IMG/VR virus record: IMGVR_UViG_3300026488_000015
Coordinates: 1-64,000 of that record
DNA length: 64,000 bases
Origin: a virus
Direction: 5' to 3' (one strand)
A model generated the notes under the pieces. It searched no databases and was not told the DNA's origin. It was given only the letters and a program-made list of their open reading frames with translations. The translations under genes and the position numbers were made by a program. Shown piece by piece: positions 17,629-27,769 of the stretch (position 1 is its first letter; the number at the start of each line of letters is the position of its first letter).

Positions 17629-18765
17629 CTATTCTCCTAGCATTACAGAATCTAGCTCTGTGAATATTTCGTTTAAAAGAACCACTAATGAGGGATTGTT
17701 CTCTTTAACGGTTCTTGTTATTAGCTGTCGTGTACTCTCGTTATCTTCAGGAATTTCTTCATCACCCACATAATCAATCTCGATGAGCTCTGTAACTAAT
17801 TGGTTGTTTATAAGAGTAAAATTGATACATTTTTCTTTAAGAAGGTATAAGTACTCATCATATTTCGTATCTTTTGCTTTATTCACAAAGAATTTAATCT
17901 CGTGCTTCTGAAGCTCTTTAAGTTTCTTAACAAATCCAGTCATATCATAAAACTTAGGTTTATCGTACAGACCTGAAATCTCTATTAGACCTTTCTCACT
18001 CTCATCGTTGTACTTAATCTTCACGAACTTTTTAGAAGATGTGTTACTAATGTACTTTAGTTTCTGCTCCTCGTCCCAAATATAGAAACCTTTTGGTTCA
18101 TCATAATCGTTCCAATTCAGTGCAAAAGGCGTACCTAAATAGTAAATTAATCCATCAGTCGATTTAATGTGATAATGCCCACTAAATACATTCTTTATAT
18201 TGAAGCCTCTCTTAAAGAAATCCGAAGTCAATTTACTTGTTTCATCTAAGTGTCCCTTTACAACTGCAAAGTTTCTAATCTCAAGGTGACCGAAAATATA
18301 ATCTTTACCTTTGAGTTCTGAAGGTTCAAGTACATCATTTTCAGTAAGCCAAGGAATTACGAAAACATTAGCGCCATTCATCGTAACTGTTTCTTTCTCT
18401 TTAAAAAGAGAGAAATTATCGGGGTACAAATCCTCGAAGTGTTCAATAAGCGAAATATCTCTATTCTCACGGTAATATATGTCGTGATTACCTATTAAAG
18501 AGTACATTATAATATCATTTTCTTTCATATAATTAAACAACCTATCTCTAAGATTCTTAATCATACGAATATCTGTGTTTGTTCTATGGTCGAAGAAATC
18601 TCCGAACTGAAAAATGTATTTAATATTATTCTTCTTCATATAAGGAAATATTTGTTCTTCAAAAATCAACATTTGGTTCTCGAAGAATTCAGCTGAGCTC
18701 TTCTTGACCCCGAAATGTAAATCACCAAGAAATACAATAGGGCCATCGATTGTAGTATGCTTCAA
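17629..18765 (-). CDS. 47: Recombination nuclease subunit (T4 gp47/SbcD)
   Basis: GDLHFG, GDFFD, GNHD, GHLE, SGHYH, YLGTP metallophosphoesterase motifs. Confidence 0.93.
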   Translation of the reverse strand: MKHTTIDGPIVFLGDLHFGVKKSSAEFFENQMLIFEEQIFPYMKKNNIKYIFQFGDFFDHRTNTDIRMIKNLRDRLFNYMKENDIIMYSLIGNHDIYYRENRDISLIEHFEDLYPDNFSLFKEKETVTMNGANVFVIPWLTENDVLEPSELKGKDYIFGHLEIRNFAVVKGHLDETSKLTSDFFKRGFNIKNVFSGHYHIKSTDGLIYYLGTPFALNWNDYDEPKGFYIWDEEQKLKYISNTSSKKFVKIKYNDESEKGLIEISGLYDKPKFYDMTGFVKKLKELQKHEIKFFVNKAKDTKYDEYLYLLKEKCINFTLINNQLVTELIEIDYVGDEEIPEDNESTRQLITRTVKENNPSLVVLLNEIFTELDSVMLGE

Positions 18766-18766
18766 A

Positions 18767-20005
18767 TTACCACTCCTCAGAAATATCTTCTAGGACTAAC
18801 GGTAATTCATCTTCAATAACAATTTTTTGTTTTACTCTACCTTTCTCTTCAATAATCAATTCCATCAATGAAGGCTTCTCATCGAACATTTTAATCCTAT
18901 TCTCTGTGCTTATGATGCAATTTTTTGGCGTAATGATTTTAACGATGTCAATATTGTAAGGATAATCTAAAGGTTCAATTTTTCTCTCTAATTCTCTGAT
19001 ATACGAAATATAATCAGGACCTTTATCTTCTGCTTTCGTTGTCTTCATAGTAATATCGATTTCAGTCTGATACATTTTATTGCTGTCTCGTTTCTCGTTT
19101 TGTTTGACAGCATATTCTAACTGCCATTCTACAAATTCTACTACATCATCCATATCTCCGCCAATCTCTGCTGAGCTAGGAATGTATTCTGCTTGATAAG
19201 TGTTTTGGTGTATTTCCATTTCTGTACCTTCTAATAAATTTTCGTTCTTATACGGAGTATAACCATCGATAGTATTGGCTTCCAATGTTATCGTGTCTTT
19301 TACTAATTTCTCTTCTTTTTTTCTCTCGTTAATGATAGCGATGAAAGCATTAAAACAAATCTGTGTGATATAAGCGAATGCCTTTGACATTTTTCCTGTC
19401 CGTTTAGATAACAGATTTTCATCAAAATTGTGAGAATATAATAATGTTTTTTCGATAGCATTACTAAAAAATTCATCTTTCCAATTATCCGTATATCCAG
19501 CGAATGAAGGCTTCACAGCGAGATTCCTGATGATGAGCATTAACATCTTACCAAAATGTTCTTTACTGTGGTTTGGTGTTAGAATGAGGTTATCTACATA
19601 ATCCAATTCTTCCTCTACACTCGTTCGCTTCAATCCTCTAAGCTCTTCATCCTTGAGGCGTTCTAAGATGCTATCTCTGTAAGATTCTTTAGATAACCTG
19701 AAATCTTCACGGACTACAGCTTCATCTAAAGGAATCACTAAGGCATTAATGTATTTGATGTTTTTCTTTAGTGAATCAACACCAATAAGACCAATGTCAT
19801 CGCCTTCCTTGATGATGGTTTTCTCGATTTTATCTGTTCTTTTTAGTCGTTCTTTGTTGAATTCCTCGATAATAATATCGTGGTCTACGGTCTGTAGCCT
19901 ATGAAGCTGTGAGGAATATTTCATAGCCATTAGTTCAAATTTTAATTCAAACTCATTGACATATTCTCTGATTGATTTTTTGGGTTCAAAATTTTGTTCT
20001 ATCAA
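18767..20005 (-). CDS. 55: Late sigma factor (T4 gp55-like), enlarged
   Basis: YVNE.EL, F.GYT..WKDE, NFD, AFAYITQICFNAF. Confidence 0.88.
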   Translation of the reverse strand: MIEQNFEPKKSIREYVNEFELKFELMAMKYSSQLHRLQTVDHDIIIEEFNKERLKRTDKIEKTIIKEGDDIGLIGVDSLKKNIKYINALVIPLDEAVVREDFRLSKESYRDSILERLKDEELRGLKRTSVEEELDYVDNLILTPNHSKEHFGKMLMLIIRNLAVKPSFAGYTDNWKDEFFSNAIEKTLLYSHNFDENLLSKRTGKMSKAFAYITQICFNAFIAIINERKKEEKLVKDTITLEANTIDGYTPYKNENLLEGTEMEIHQNTYQAEYIPSSAEIGGDMDDVVEFVEWQLEYAVKQNEKRDSNKMYQTEIDITMKTTKAEDKGPDYISYIRELERKIEPLDYPYNIDIVKIITPKNCIISTENRIKMFDEKPSLMELIIEEKGRVKQKIVIEDELPLVLEDISEEW

Positions 20006-20032
20006 ATACTATCCTTTATTAAATAATTGTAC

Positions 20033-20055
20033 TATTATAACAAAATATCACTTAA
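20033..20055 (-). promoter_or_regulatory. Early promoter for 55-47-46
   Basis: TTAAG-N9-GT-TATAAT. Confidence 0.7.
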
Positions 20056-20066
20056 CCTTTAGGTAT

Positions 20067-20074
20067 TATAAATA
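20067..20074 (+). promoter_or_regulatory. Late promoter TATAAATA (gp3)
   Basis: Exact match ~24 nt upstream of the 20098 ATG. Confidence 0.8.
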
Positions 20075-20097
20075 ATAGTAAACCCTAAGGAAATACA

Positions 20098-20559
20098 ATG
20101 AATAACATAAGAAATTTTCAAAGAGATACACAAATCGAATTCGGTACACGATTATTCGATGAGGTTATAACATATAATGTGCAGAATGTGCTGTTACCTG
20201 GAATCGATATGGATGATGCTGAAGCCCACACACGAGGTATCAAGGCGCTTATTCAAGGTGATTCAGTGGAATTTCAGGAATTGAGCTTAACGATTATCGT
20301 TGATGAAGAAATGAAAGTATGGAAAGACCTAATGAAAAAAATGTTCGAACATATAGAAATTCCTGATAATACTTTTACTCTTAATCCTGCTGACTCGTGG
20401 ATTACTATAAGAAATTCCAAAGGTGAAGATGTTATGACTGTGACATTTTATGAATCTCACATTACTACAATAGGTTCATTAAGCTACGACTCGACTGGTG
20501 AAGATGATGAACTCATTATGGACATTAGCATTCGTTATGATTACTTTTTAATCACTTAA
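20098..20559 (+). CDS. 3: Tail completion / tube terminator (T4 gp3-like)
   Basis: VQ.V.LPGI, GD..EF..L....IVDEEMK.W, F..S....IG.L.Y. Confidence 0.75.
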   Translation: MNNIRNFQRDTQIEFGTRLFDEVITYNVQNVLLPGIDMDDAEAHTRGIKALIQGDSVEFQELSLTIIVDEEMKVWKDLMKKMFEHIEIPDNTFTLNPADSWITIRNSKGEDVMTVTFYESHITTIGSLSYDSTGEDDELIMDISIRYDYFLIT

Positions 20560-21285
20560 TCGTATTCTTTCATTATACCTCATTAAGAATGAAGATAGTT
20601 CGTGTGGTACTGAATTATGTTTTGCTAATAAATCTTTAGGAAAACAAGCACCACCAAAACCCATCTTACCATCTGCCCCTACATTAGACATAATGCCGTT
20701 AGGTAATTTGCTGTATATCTGTGCCAATTTCCTCGTATCAGAATTAAATGTTTCTTGTACAAAATTCCAAAACATAACCTCATAAGCCCCGTGAATATTT
20801 CTAAGGTATTTAAACTCTATAGCCTCTTCCTGAGTACAAAATTCGACTTCATCTACAACTACATCGAAATCAGTATTAAAACACTCTAAGACTATATTAG
20901 CATAGTCTATACGACCGCCTAGAATAAGCAGTTTTTGTGTGCTGAAATCTTTGTAAGAGGATATTTGGTTCAGAAATTCAGGATTAAAAACTATATTAAA
21001 ATCTTTATTGTACATTTTGATGTTATCATATAATACTGTGCTCTTAATAACGATGATGCCATTATACCCTCTCACCTTTTCAAAAAATTCAACGAATGGT
21101 GTTATATTTTGTTTCTCGTTGTCATTCAATGAAGGAAGGCACACAAAAATTATATCCGTTTCAGATAAATCTGTTTCTTTGTGTTCTTCCATATATTTGT
21201 CAAAAATCAATACATCTTTTTTATCTATGATGCTGTTATAGACAGCCTGTCCCACGAAACCAAACCCAGCTATTCCTATTTTCAT
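20548..21285 (-). CDS. UDP-glucose/GDP-mannose dehydrogenase family (short form)
   Basis: GFGFVG, FVCLP, IKSTV, FNPEFL, GFGGACFPKD. Confidence 0.88.
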   Translation of the reverse strand: MKIGIAGFGFVGQAVYNSIIDKKDVLIFDKYMEEHKETDLSETDIIFVCLPSLNDNEKQNITPFVEFFEKVRGYNGIIVIKSTVLYDNIKMYNKDFNIVFNPEFLNQISSYKDFSTQKLLILGGRIDYANIVLECFNTDFDVVVDEVEFCTQEEAIEFKYLRNIHGAYEVMFWNFVQETFNSDTRKLAQIYSKLPNGIMSNVGADGKMGFGGACFPKDLLAKHNSVPHELSSFLMRYNERIRLSD

Positions 21286-21824
21286 TTCAAATCCTCTATT
21301 GGTATTCGTTCTTTGCCGAATAATCTGTTAATATTATATTTCTTTAATTCTGTTTTTACTAATGGTACCTCGTTGTTGTACGGGTAGCAGTAGCTATCAA
21401 CCGAGATATTATGCTCTTTGAAGGCTTCATTCATATCAGATAAATCTTTCTTTATTATATCATATATTTCCTTAATACCTTGTCGATGGTCTAAGAAAAA
21501 ATGATTATGAGAGTGCCCACCTATTTCTGCATTATCTGAATCGTGGATTTCTTTAATCTGGTCCCAATCCATATAAGCTGAGGTGTCACCATTATCGAAA
21601 AAATTCTTATGAGCCGCAGCACAAGCTATTACCTCAGGATTTTGTTCACCTTCTGAAATAATACCAGTACTCACAAAAAATATGAGAGGTATGCCTAGAC
21701 CCAAGAAAAAATCAAGGTTCAGGTACTGCGTGTACAAGCCATCATCGAAGGTAATCAAATCAAACGATGAAAAATCTACATCAAGCATCCAAGGATGGAC
21801 CTCGTGTATCATTAATGTTTTCAT
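21282..21824 (-). CDS. Polysaccharide deacetylase (CE4/NodB family)
   Basis: ITFDDG, GGHSHNH, YPY. Confidence 0.85.
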   Translation of the reverse strand: MKTLMIHEVHPWMLDVDFSSFDLITFDDGLYTQYLNLDFFLGLGIPLIFFVSTGIISEGEQNPEVIACAAAHKNFFDNGDTSAYMDWDQIKEIHDSDNAEIGGHSHNHFFLDHRQGIKEIYDIIKKDLSDMNEAFKEHNISVDSYCYPYNNEVPLVKTELKKYNINRLFGKERIPIEDLK

Positions 21825-22438
21825 CGTTTGAATACCAATGAAAATTCCTCTGCATACTGGTACCCAAAAATATTACCGATGTGCTTGTGATATTCTCTAA
21901 TGCCGTCTAGTGAGCCTATACCACCAGATTTTATTTCTGTACTGTACTCTGAACACATTTCTAGTTTTTTCTCGATGGTTTCTGTTATATCTACGCAGAC
22001 ATTAAATAACCTAGGCGTAAAATTCCACTCATTGGAACCAGTAACGGGGAAGCTGTATAGTTCTTTAACAGAACATTCTTTCCTTGGTCTACAAACGAGC
22101 TTTACACTCTCTGCTACTGTTTTATGGTCGCGGTGCATATCCGTATCAGAATTTGTATAGACAATATCAGGTCTGAAGGAATCTACCTCATTCTGGATGG
22201 TGTAGGTGACACCGTTAAAAAAATCCTCTAAAGTGAGGTCTTCGGCTTCATAAATCTTATACGAAAAACCTAACGAAAGCATATTTTTTGTGAATGCTTT
22301 CTCTCTAGCAACTCTATCTGCTTTAGCCCTACCTTTACAGAGAACGACAACCTTAATCTCACCTTTAAGTAAAGCGAGAGCTCCACCCATACCTATTTCA
22401 GCATCATCAAGATGAGCTACAACTATTAATGTTTTCAT
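21821..22438 (-). CDS. PIG-L/LmbE family deacetylase
   Basis: AHLDDAEIGMGG, D.H.DH, VDI....EKK, AEEF. Confidence 0.88.
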   Translation of the reverse strand: MKTLIVVAHLDDAEIGMGGALALLKGEIKVVVLCKGRAKADRVAREKAFTKNMLSLGFSYKIYEAEDLTLEDFFNGVTYTIQNEVDSFRPDIVYTNSDTDMHRDHKTVAESVKLVCRPRKECSVKELYSFPVTGSNEWNFTPRLFNVCVDITETIEKKLEMCSEYSTEIKSGGIGSLDGIREYHKHIGNIFGYQYAEEFSLVFKR

Positions 22439-23334
22439 TTAAGGCTCTTGATAATATCATCGACTGAATATTTAGGCTCGTAGAATGCTTTAATCTTATC
22501 GATACAAGGTTTTCTCTCGTAAATCTCGCCAAAATTAGAGCTAAAATCAACCGAATAATCCCGGTACTCGATGTCATCGGATATTTTGAGAGCTAATTCC
22601 TTGATGCTGATGGAATTTTTATCATTCCCAATATTGTAAATCTCATTATTGTGCTCATCATTCAACCCAAGAAGCGTAAGCATCTCAACGGCATCACGGA
22701 TATCACAAAATGTTCTCGTTTGTTCGCCATCACCGTATACCACTAACGGTTGCTGTTCTTTTTCATTTTTGATAAAATTGGGAAGCACCATACCGTAATC
22801 AGGTAGCTGTCCTGGTCCCACCACATTGAAAAATCTTACGATGACGCTTGGGAAAGAATAAGATTTTAATAAAAATTCCGACATAAGCTTAGCACAAGCA
22901 TACGACCATCGTGCTGTATCAGGAGAGCCTATTTTTAGCGTGTCCGTTTCTTTAGCATTATTCGTTTCGCCGTACACCTCTGAGGTACTAGCGAATACCA
23001 CTTTCTTCTGATACTTTTCAAAGAGAGGAAAGAGGTTATTATTGATACCGAAAGAATTCCTTAAGGTGCTTGATGGATTTTCATCGATGTATTTCACACC
23101 GACTGAGCCTGCTAAATGGTATATCAGGTCGGCTTCTTTGATGGCTGACTCGACATCAGTAGCAATATCCCCACCAAGGTCGCCTTGTATCATAATAATA
23201 TCAGAATCGATATTATTTTCAGTTCTTGAAGTGCTCATATTATCGATTACTGTGATAGTATGTTTATCCTCTTGTAATCTGGTTGTTAGGTTTCTACCTA
23301 TGAAACCTTGTCCGCCTGTTATTAAAATATTCAT
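22435..23334 (-). CDS. NAD-dependent nucleotide-sugar epimerase/decarboxylase (extended SDR, UXS/ArnA-like)
   Basis: GGQGFIG, ASTSEVYG, RWSYACAK, RFFNVVGP, GDG.QTR.F. Confidence 0.88.
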   Translation of the reverse strand: MNILITGGQGFIGRNLTTRLQEDKHTITVIDNMSTSRTENNIDSDIIMIQGDLGGDIATDVESAIKEADLIYHLAGSVGVKYIDENPSSTLRNSFGINNNLFPLFEKYQKKVVFASTSEVYGETNNAKETDTLKIGSPDTARWSYACAKLMSEFLLKSYSFPSVIVRFFNVVGPGQLPDYGMVLPNFIKNEKEQQPLVVYGDGEQTRTFCDIRDAVEMLTLLGLNDEHNNEIYNIGNDKNSISIKELALKISDDIEYRDYSVDFSSNFGEIYERKPCIDKIKAFYEPKYSVDDIIKSLK

Positions 23335-23368
23335 TTATTTCCTTTTGTTTATTATATCTAATTTCCTC

Positions 23369-24379
23369 TTAATAATAACTATCACGATAAAATATCGGGT
23401 CTGTAATTTTTTCGCCTTCTTCGGGTATTACTTTTATATCCATCTTGTTTTCTATCCCATCGCATAAGAAGAAATGCTTACATTCTTTGCACTCTTTTGG
23501 CTTTGTGTACGAATTATTTCTATTCATTTTAGCAGCATCGAATAGAGCCTTAATCGGGTCTTCTCTGTATTCTTCAGCTGTAAGATTGTAGTTATAGACT
23601 GCCATATTCCAATCGTACACATCATAGATGTGCTGATAATAATCGCACACATATTTTTCATACCCTTTCATATAGCAATAAGGAGTATAACGGACATTCA
23701 CTATACAGAAATCTTTCAATAAATCGATAGCTTCGTGGATTTTTGGTGTGACCTCGTTATAATCTATTGGAATCTGTTTACCGGCATCAGACCAGTAATT
23801 TAAGGTCAAAAAATTCACCTCAAAAACATTGAACTGCTTTACAATATCCACAAACCGTTTAAGATACATATAATTTTCGTGAGTAACGGTGCAGTTTATT
23901 CTTACAACAATACCTACATCATTAGCATTCTGAATAGCTTCGAGCATCCGTCTGAAACCACCTTTCTTTTGTACTAATGAATCGTGAAGCTCTTCACTCG
24001 AACCGTGTAAGCTAAATAATATTTCTTTGAGGCCGTGGTCTTTGGATTCCAGTGCGAATTCTTTGTCGGCAAATTTATATCCGTTGGATAATGTTGTAAC
24101 GCTTCGGAATCTCCCGTTACAGTAATCTAAAATTTTAAACCAGTCTTTGTGTATAGAGCTTTCTCCACCACTCAAATCAACCTCTTGGATACCACAATCG
24201 TAGAAATAATCTATTCTCTCTTTGATTATGTTAAATTCTGTTACATCGTTGAGGTGGTCGATATAATAGCAGAATTTACACTCGTAATTGCAGTGAGTGC
24301 CTGTATCTAGCTTAGCTCTTGTGCATATATTATTTTCTGTGTTGTGTTCTAATCTATTTGATACTAGATTGTAATTCAT
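23369..24379 (-). CDS. Radical SAM enzyme with C-terminal Cys cluster
   Basis: CNYECKFC, SGGE, FSLHG; C-terminal CKECKHFFLCDG. Confidence 0.9.
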   Translation of the reverse strand: MNYNLVSNRLEHNTENNICTRAKLDTGTHCNYECKFCYYIDHLNDVTEFNIIKERIDYFYDCGIQEVDLSGGESSIHKDWFKILDYCNGRFRSVTTLSNGYKFADKEFALESKDHGLKEILFSLHGSSEELHDSLVQKKGGFRRMLEAIQNANDVGIVVRINCTVTHENYMYLKRFVDIVKQFNVFEVNFLTLNYWSDAGKQIPIDYNEVTPKIHEAIDLLKDFCIVNVRYTPYCYMKGYEKYVCDYYQHIYDVYDWNMAVYNYNLTAEEYREDPIKALFDAAKMNRNNSYTKPKECKECKHFFLCDGIENKMDIKVIPEEGEKITDPIFYRDSYY

Positions 24380-24403
24380 TTATACCCTTTATTGCAAAAT
24401 ATA

Positions 24404-25000
24404 CTAATCATTGCTCCATACCCTCATATTATGAATATCTACATAACTACTGTAAGATAACAAAAAATCATCTTGTCGTTTTTTTGTGAGTTGGTTTAGC
24501 AATAACAGCCCTCTTGCTGCATCATCAGGTATCATATTGAAATGATACCCTAGAATAGTTTCTCTAATACCACTCATATCTCTACCGTCCCAAGCCATCT
24601 GCTTAAGCACCTCATAATCTTTTTTGTTATTTAGTAATATTGCTCCACCTTTTCCTATATTAATACATTTCTTCTGTTGGAAACTCAAACATTGTATTTC
24701 GTTGTTGTACATATTTTTTTTGAACCCAACAGCACAATCCCATATATTTGTGTTTGCTAGTTTATAAGTTTCATACCATTGAATATGTTCGAACGACGGA
24801 GTATAACCTGCGTGCATGATAGACATAGGTACACTAAGGTAAGTATTTTGGGGTATAGATATTATTTTAGTATCTGGTTTAAAATATTTTAAACATAATA
24901 ATATAGCATTAGTACAGCTATCAGTGAGCACAACAAATGGTGCTCCAGTAAACTCTGATAGTTCTCTCTCAAACATATCAATAAATTCATTATTATTCAT
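24404..25000 (-). CDS. DegT/DnrJ/EryC1/StrS PLP aminotransferase, short form (start revised to MNNNEF)
   Basis: FERELS...G, SCTNA, LSFQQKK...GKGGAIL; AAGGA SD before ATG at 25000. Confidence 0.82.
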   Translation of the reverse strand: MNNNEFIDMFERELSEFTGAPFVVLTDSCTNAILLCLKYFKPDTKIISIPQNTYLSVPMSIMHAGYTPSFEHIQWYETYKLANTNIWDCAVGFKKNMYNNEIQCLSFQQKKCINIGKGGAILLNNKKDYEVLKQMAWDGRDMSGIRETILGYHFNMIPDDAARGLLLLNQLTKKRQDDFLLSYSSYVDIHNMRVWSND

Positions 25001-25913
25001 TAGTATCCTTCGGGTAACGCTTAGTGAACTCACATTCAGTACAGTAATCAAGATGGCAAGTAATAGTTCGGTTCACATTATATAGAGTTTCATTAGAATC
25101 GTTTATATTTACTGGTGTTTTACTCCCAATACAATTATGTGTTTCTACTCTACCATCTAAATAAAAGAATAGAGTATCTGTTTCACACTGGAGGCCTTTT
25201 GTTTTGTATTTTGTTTTGTATATTTCATTGCAATCAAATTCTTCACCATTTATGATTATTATACCATCGCTCTTAAAGCCAAAACCATCATTTGTAAATT
25301 TTTTGACTTCTACTGCATCTATAAATGGTGCAAAGTTTATAGGGAAACCTTCTCTTGTTAGCATAGTACTAACAAGAGATAATTTAGGGGATAATTTAGG
25401 GGTATTATAATCCAGTAAAAGCCTAATATAGTCAATATTATCTTTAAATCTTATTATATTTCTTAATGTTACTGTCATCTGTTTTTTATCAATAACAGTA
25501 TAATGGAAGCTGGGTGTAATAACTATTTTTAGATGTTTATATTTCTCTAAAATATAAGCTATATTTTCGGTTTTTAACATATTAGATAAAATCATAATCT
25601 TATTGTATTTTACATCAAGTTTGCTAAACTCCCCTAAGAAAAAATCTAAAGTATCCACTGTCATAAACGGTTCGCCACCTTCTACTGAAATGAGATTATC
25701 AAATTCGCTTCTTCTGTTAAAACTATATTCAATAAAATTAACTAATCTCACCAAAACTTCTTTGGAAGCGGTTAAACCATTATACATATTCTTATTTTGG
25801 TAGCAGTAGGGGCATTTCAAATTGCAAATATCATTTATCATAAAACCTATTATATTATTAGGTCTAAGGTCTTTTAGAATGTAAGTGTTATTATTTATAT
25901 CACTTGTTACCAT
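24993..25913 (-). CDS. Radical SAM enzyme (Twitch-like C-terminus)
   Basis: CNLKCPYC, GGEP, SFH, KGLQC...C...CHLDYCTEC. Confidence 0.88.
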   Translation of the reverse strand: MVTSDINNNTYILKDLRPNNIIGFMINDICNLKCPYCYQNKNMYNGLTASKEVLVRLVNFIEYSFNRRSEFDNLISVEGGEPFMTVDTLDFFLGEFSKLDVKYNKIMILSNMLKTENIAYILEKYKHLKIVITPSFHYTVIDKKQMTVTLRNIIRFKDNIDYIRLLLDYNTPKLSPKLSLVSTMLTREGFPINFAPFIDAVEVKKFTNDGFGFKSDGIIIINGEEFDCNEIYKTKYKTKGLQCETDTLFFYLDGRVETHNCIGSKTPVNINDSNETLYNVNRTITCHLDYCTECEFTKRYPKDTNE

Positions 25914-25925
25914 TTTTGGCTCCTG

Positions 25926-26855
25926 TTATTCTGTGTAATTGTAATTTCTAGCTGTACCAGTAATACATATAGTTTCATCAAGTACTGGTACTATTTCGTG
26001 TTCGATTAAATCATCTATTTCTTTCTTGACTTTGCTTACGCTTTCTATTGGTATGTGTATGCTTTTTTCTATAGCAATATCAGTCCCGTATAGGTTGAAC
26101 AATATTTTATACTTTTTGGGTATATCCATTCTTTCTAATACTGAATAATAGTCATAATGGTAAAATGAGTAATCTACAAAGGTTATATCTTTATTTATAT
26201 ATGCATTAGTATAGTTTAGTTCTCTAGCATCAACTATAAATCTGAACTTCTTCTCTAAAAGGTATATAGCTATTTCTTCGCAGAAATTCTGAAGTCTATA
26301 ATTTATGACTATATTTTTATGAGCGATACCTTTTTTAGCTATATTTATGCTTTCTTCCAACCATAATCTAGCAAAATCTTGATTCTTTGTGTAAATAAAA
26401 AAAGTGTCATAATGTTCTTTGTAAGATTCATCTAAAAATTTAGTAAAACAGTATGTGAGCATCGATTCTTCTACACTTTCGGGTGTTTTGAAAACATAAA
26501 CATCTTCATTATTGATTTTAGGTAACGATGACACGCAGTAAACATCGGGGTCTAAAAATACATAACCATCTAAGTCTGGATACTCATTAACTACAAAATT
26601 AAATACTTCAGGCATCAGCAAGAAAAAACACTCTGTTTTGTAGTAAAATTTGTTGTTTGTAAGCTCTATATTAAGTAGAGTTACATTATCGTATTTTTCA
26701 ATAAATCTCACAAAAATATCTGGTAGGACTGAATTATTGTGATTGACTACAATAATTCTATGTTCTTTATCAAAATTATTTTTTATAGACTCTAAAGCTA
26801 CTACAAGTTGAGGTATAGTATTTGGGTGGGCCTCTATCGGGAATATGAAGGTCAT
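25926..26855 (-). CDS. Putative GT-A glycosyltransferase
   Basis: LESI, YVFLDPDVY (DxD), EE.A, HY motifs. Confidence 0.55.
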   Translation of the reverse strand: MTFIFPIEAHPNTIPQLVVALESIKNNFDKEHRIIVVNHNNSVLPDIFVRFIEKYDNVTLLNIELTNNKFYYKTECFFLLMPEVFNFVVNEYPDLDGYVFLDPDVYCVSSLPKINNEDVYVFKTPESVEESMLTYCFTKFLDESYKEHYDTFFIYTKNQDFARLWLEESINIAKKGIAHKNIVINYRLQNFCEEIAIYLLEKKFRFIVDARELNYTNAYINKDITFVDYSFYHYDYYSVLERMDIPKKYKILFNLYGTDIAIEKSIHIPIESVSKVKKEIDDLIEHEIVPVLDETICITGTARNYNYTE

Positions 26856-26857
26856 TG

Positions 26858-27769
26858 CTAATCCTTTGTTTTATAATGGTCAAGTGAACTTGCCCATAAA
26901 CAGGAGTTCTCAAATGGGCAAATAATAGGTTTAGTCATATCATATGCTTTGAAAAAATCTAAGTGCGTAAAAATATTCATTGGTTCAAATAAAGTACACA
27001 TCTGTTTTACTCTACCTGAACGGCACTCGATTGTGAAGAATATATAGTAGCATTTCCACCCATAAGTGTCCATAGGTAGCATATCGTGAGTGTATAAATC
27101 ATAATCATTCCATTCTACGCCAAAGTTATCTATGTATTCTTTGGTATTATTTAATTTCATTGTATTTAGTATATAATTGTTAGACTTGAACTTAGAGTTG
27201 ATATAAACAGGCTTAATATTATAATTTTTGTTGTGTTCTTCGGCAAAGTTTTGCATATCAATAATATCATTGTAATATTTCTTGTTTGGGTGTATCATTA
27301 TGTTTAGTTCTACATTCTTTATGGTTAAAAGTTTTTCTTTGAACTCTAAATCTTTTAGTGTATCTGCGTGCCAAGAAATATGATAAACTATATCAGGATT
27401 GATATAGTTTATTTTGTGTAGTTTCTCTGGACTTAATTGTAAATTAGTGTTAATATGCAAATCTTTAATTTTTCCTTCATCTATGTATTTTTGAATGTAT
27501 TCTACAATATAAACGATTTTGTAGTGTAATGTGCATTCCCCACCACTCAAACAGATAGATACTGGATGAGGTATCTTCGCTAGTTCATCGATTACAGCTA
27601 GAACTTCTTTAGTAGAACTAAATTTACCCCAAGTTTCTGAATCATTTCTCATATAACAATAACTACAATGCATATTACATATTTCTGTGATTAACAATTC
27701 AAAAATAAGAAAGTCGTGGTCCTTAATTGCACCTTTACTAGAAAACGATGTTATGTCTTTGTTATTCAT
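26858..27769 (-). CDS. Radical SAM enzyme (start revised to MNNKDI)
   Basis: CNMHCSYC, SGGE, SWH, GWKC...C...CPFENSC; GAGGA SD. Confidence 0.88.
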   Translation of the reverse strand: MNNKDITSFSSKGAIKDHDFLIFELLITEICNMHCSYCYMRNDSETWGKFSSTKEVLAVIDELAKIPHPVSICLSGGECTLHYKIVYIVEYIQKYIDEGKIKDLHINTNLQLSPEKLHKINYINPDIVYHISWHADTLKDLEFKEKLLTIKNVELNIMIHPNKKYYNDIIDMQNFAEEHNKNYNIKPVYINSKFKSNNYILNTMKLNNTKEYIDNFGVEWNDYDLYTHDMLPMDTYGWKCYYIFFTIECRSGRVKQMCTLFEPMNIFTHLDFFKAYDMTKPIICPFENSCLWASSLDHYKTKD

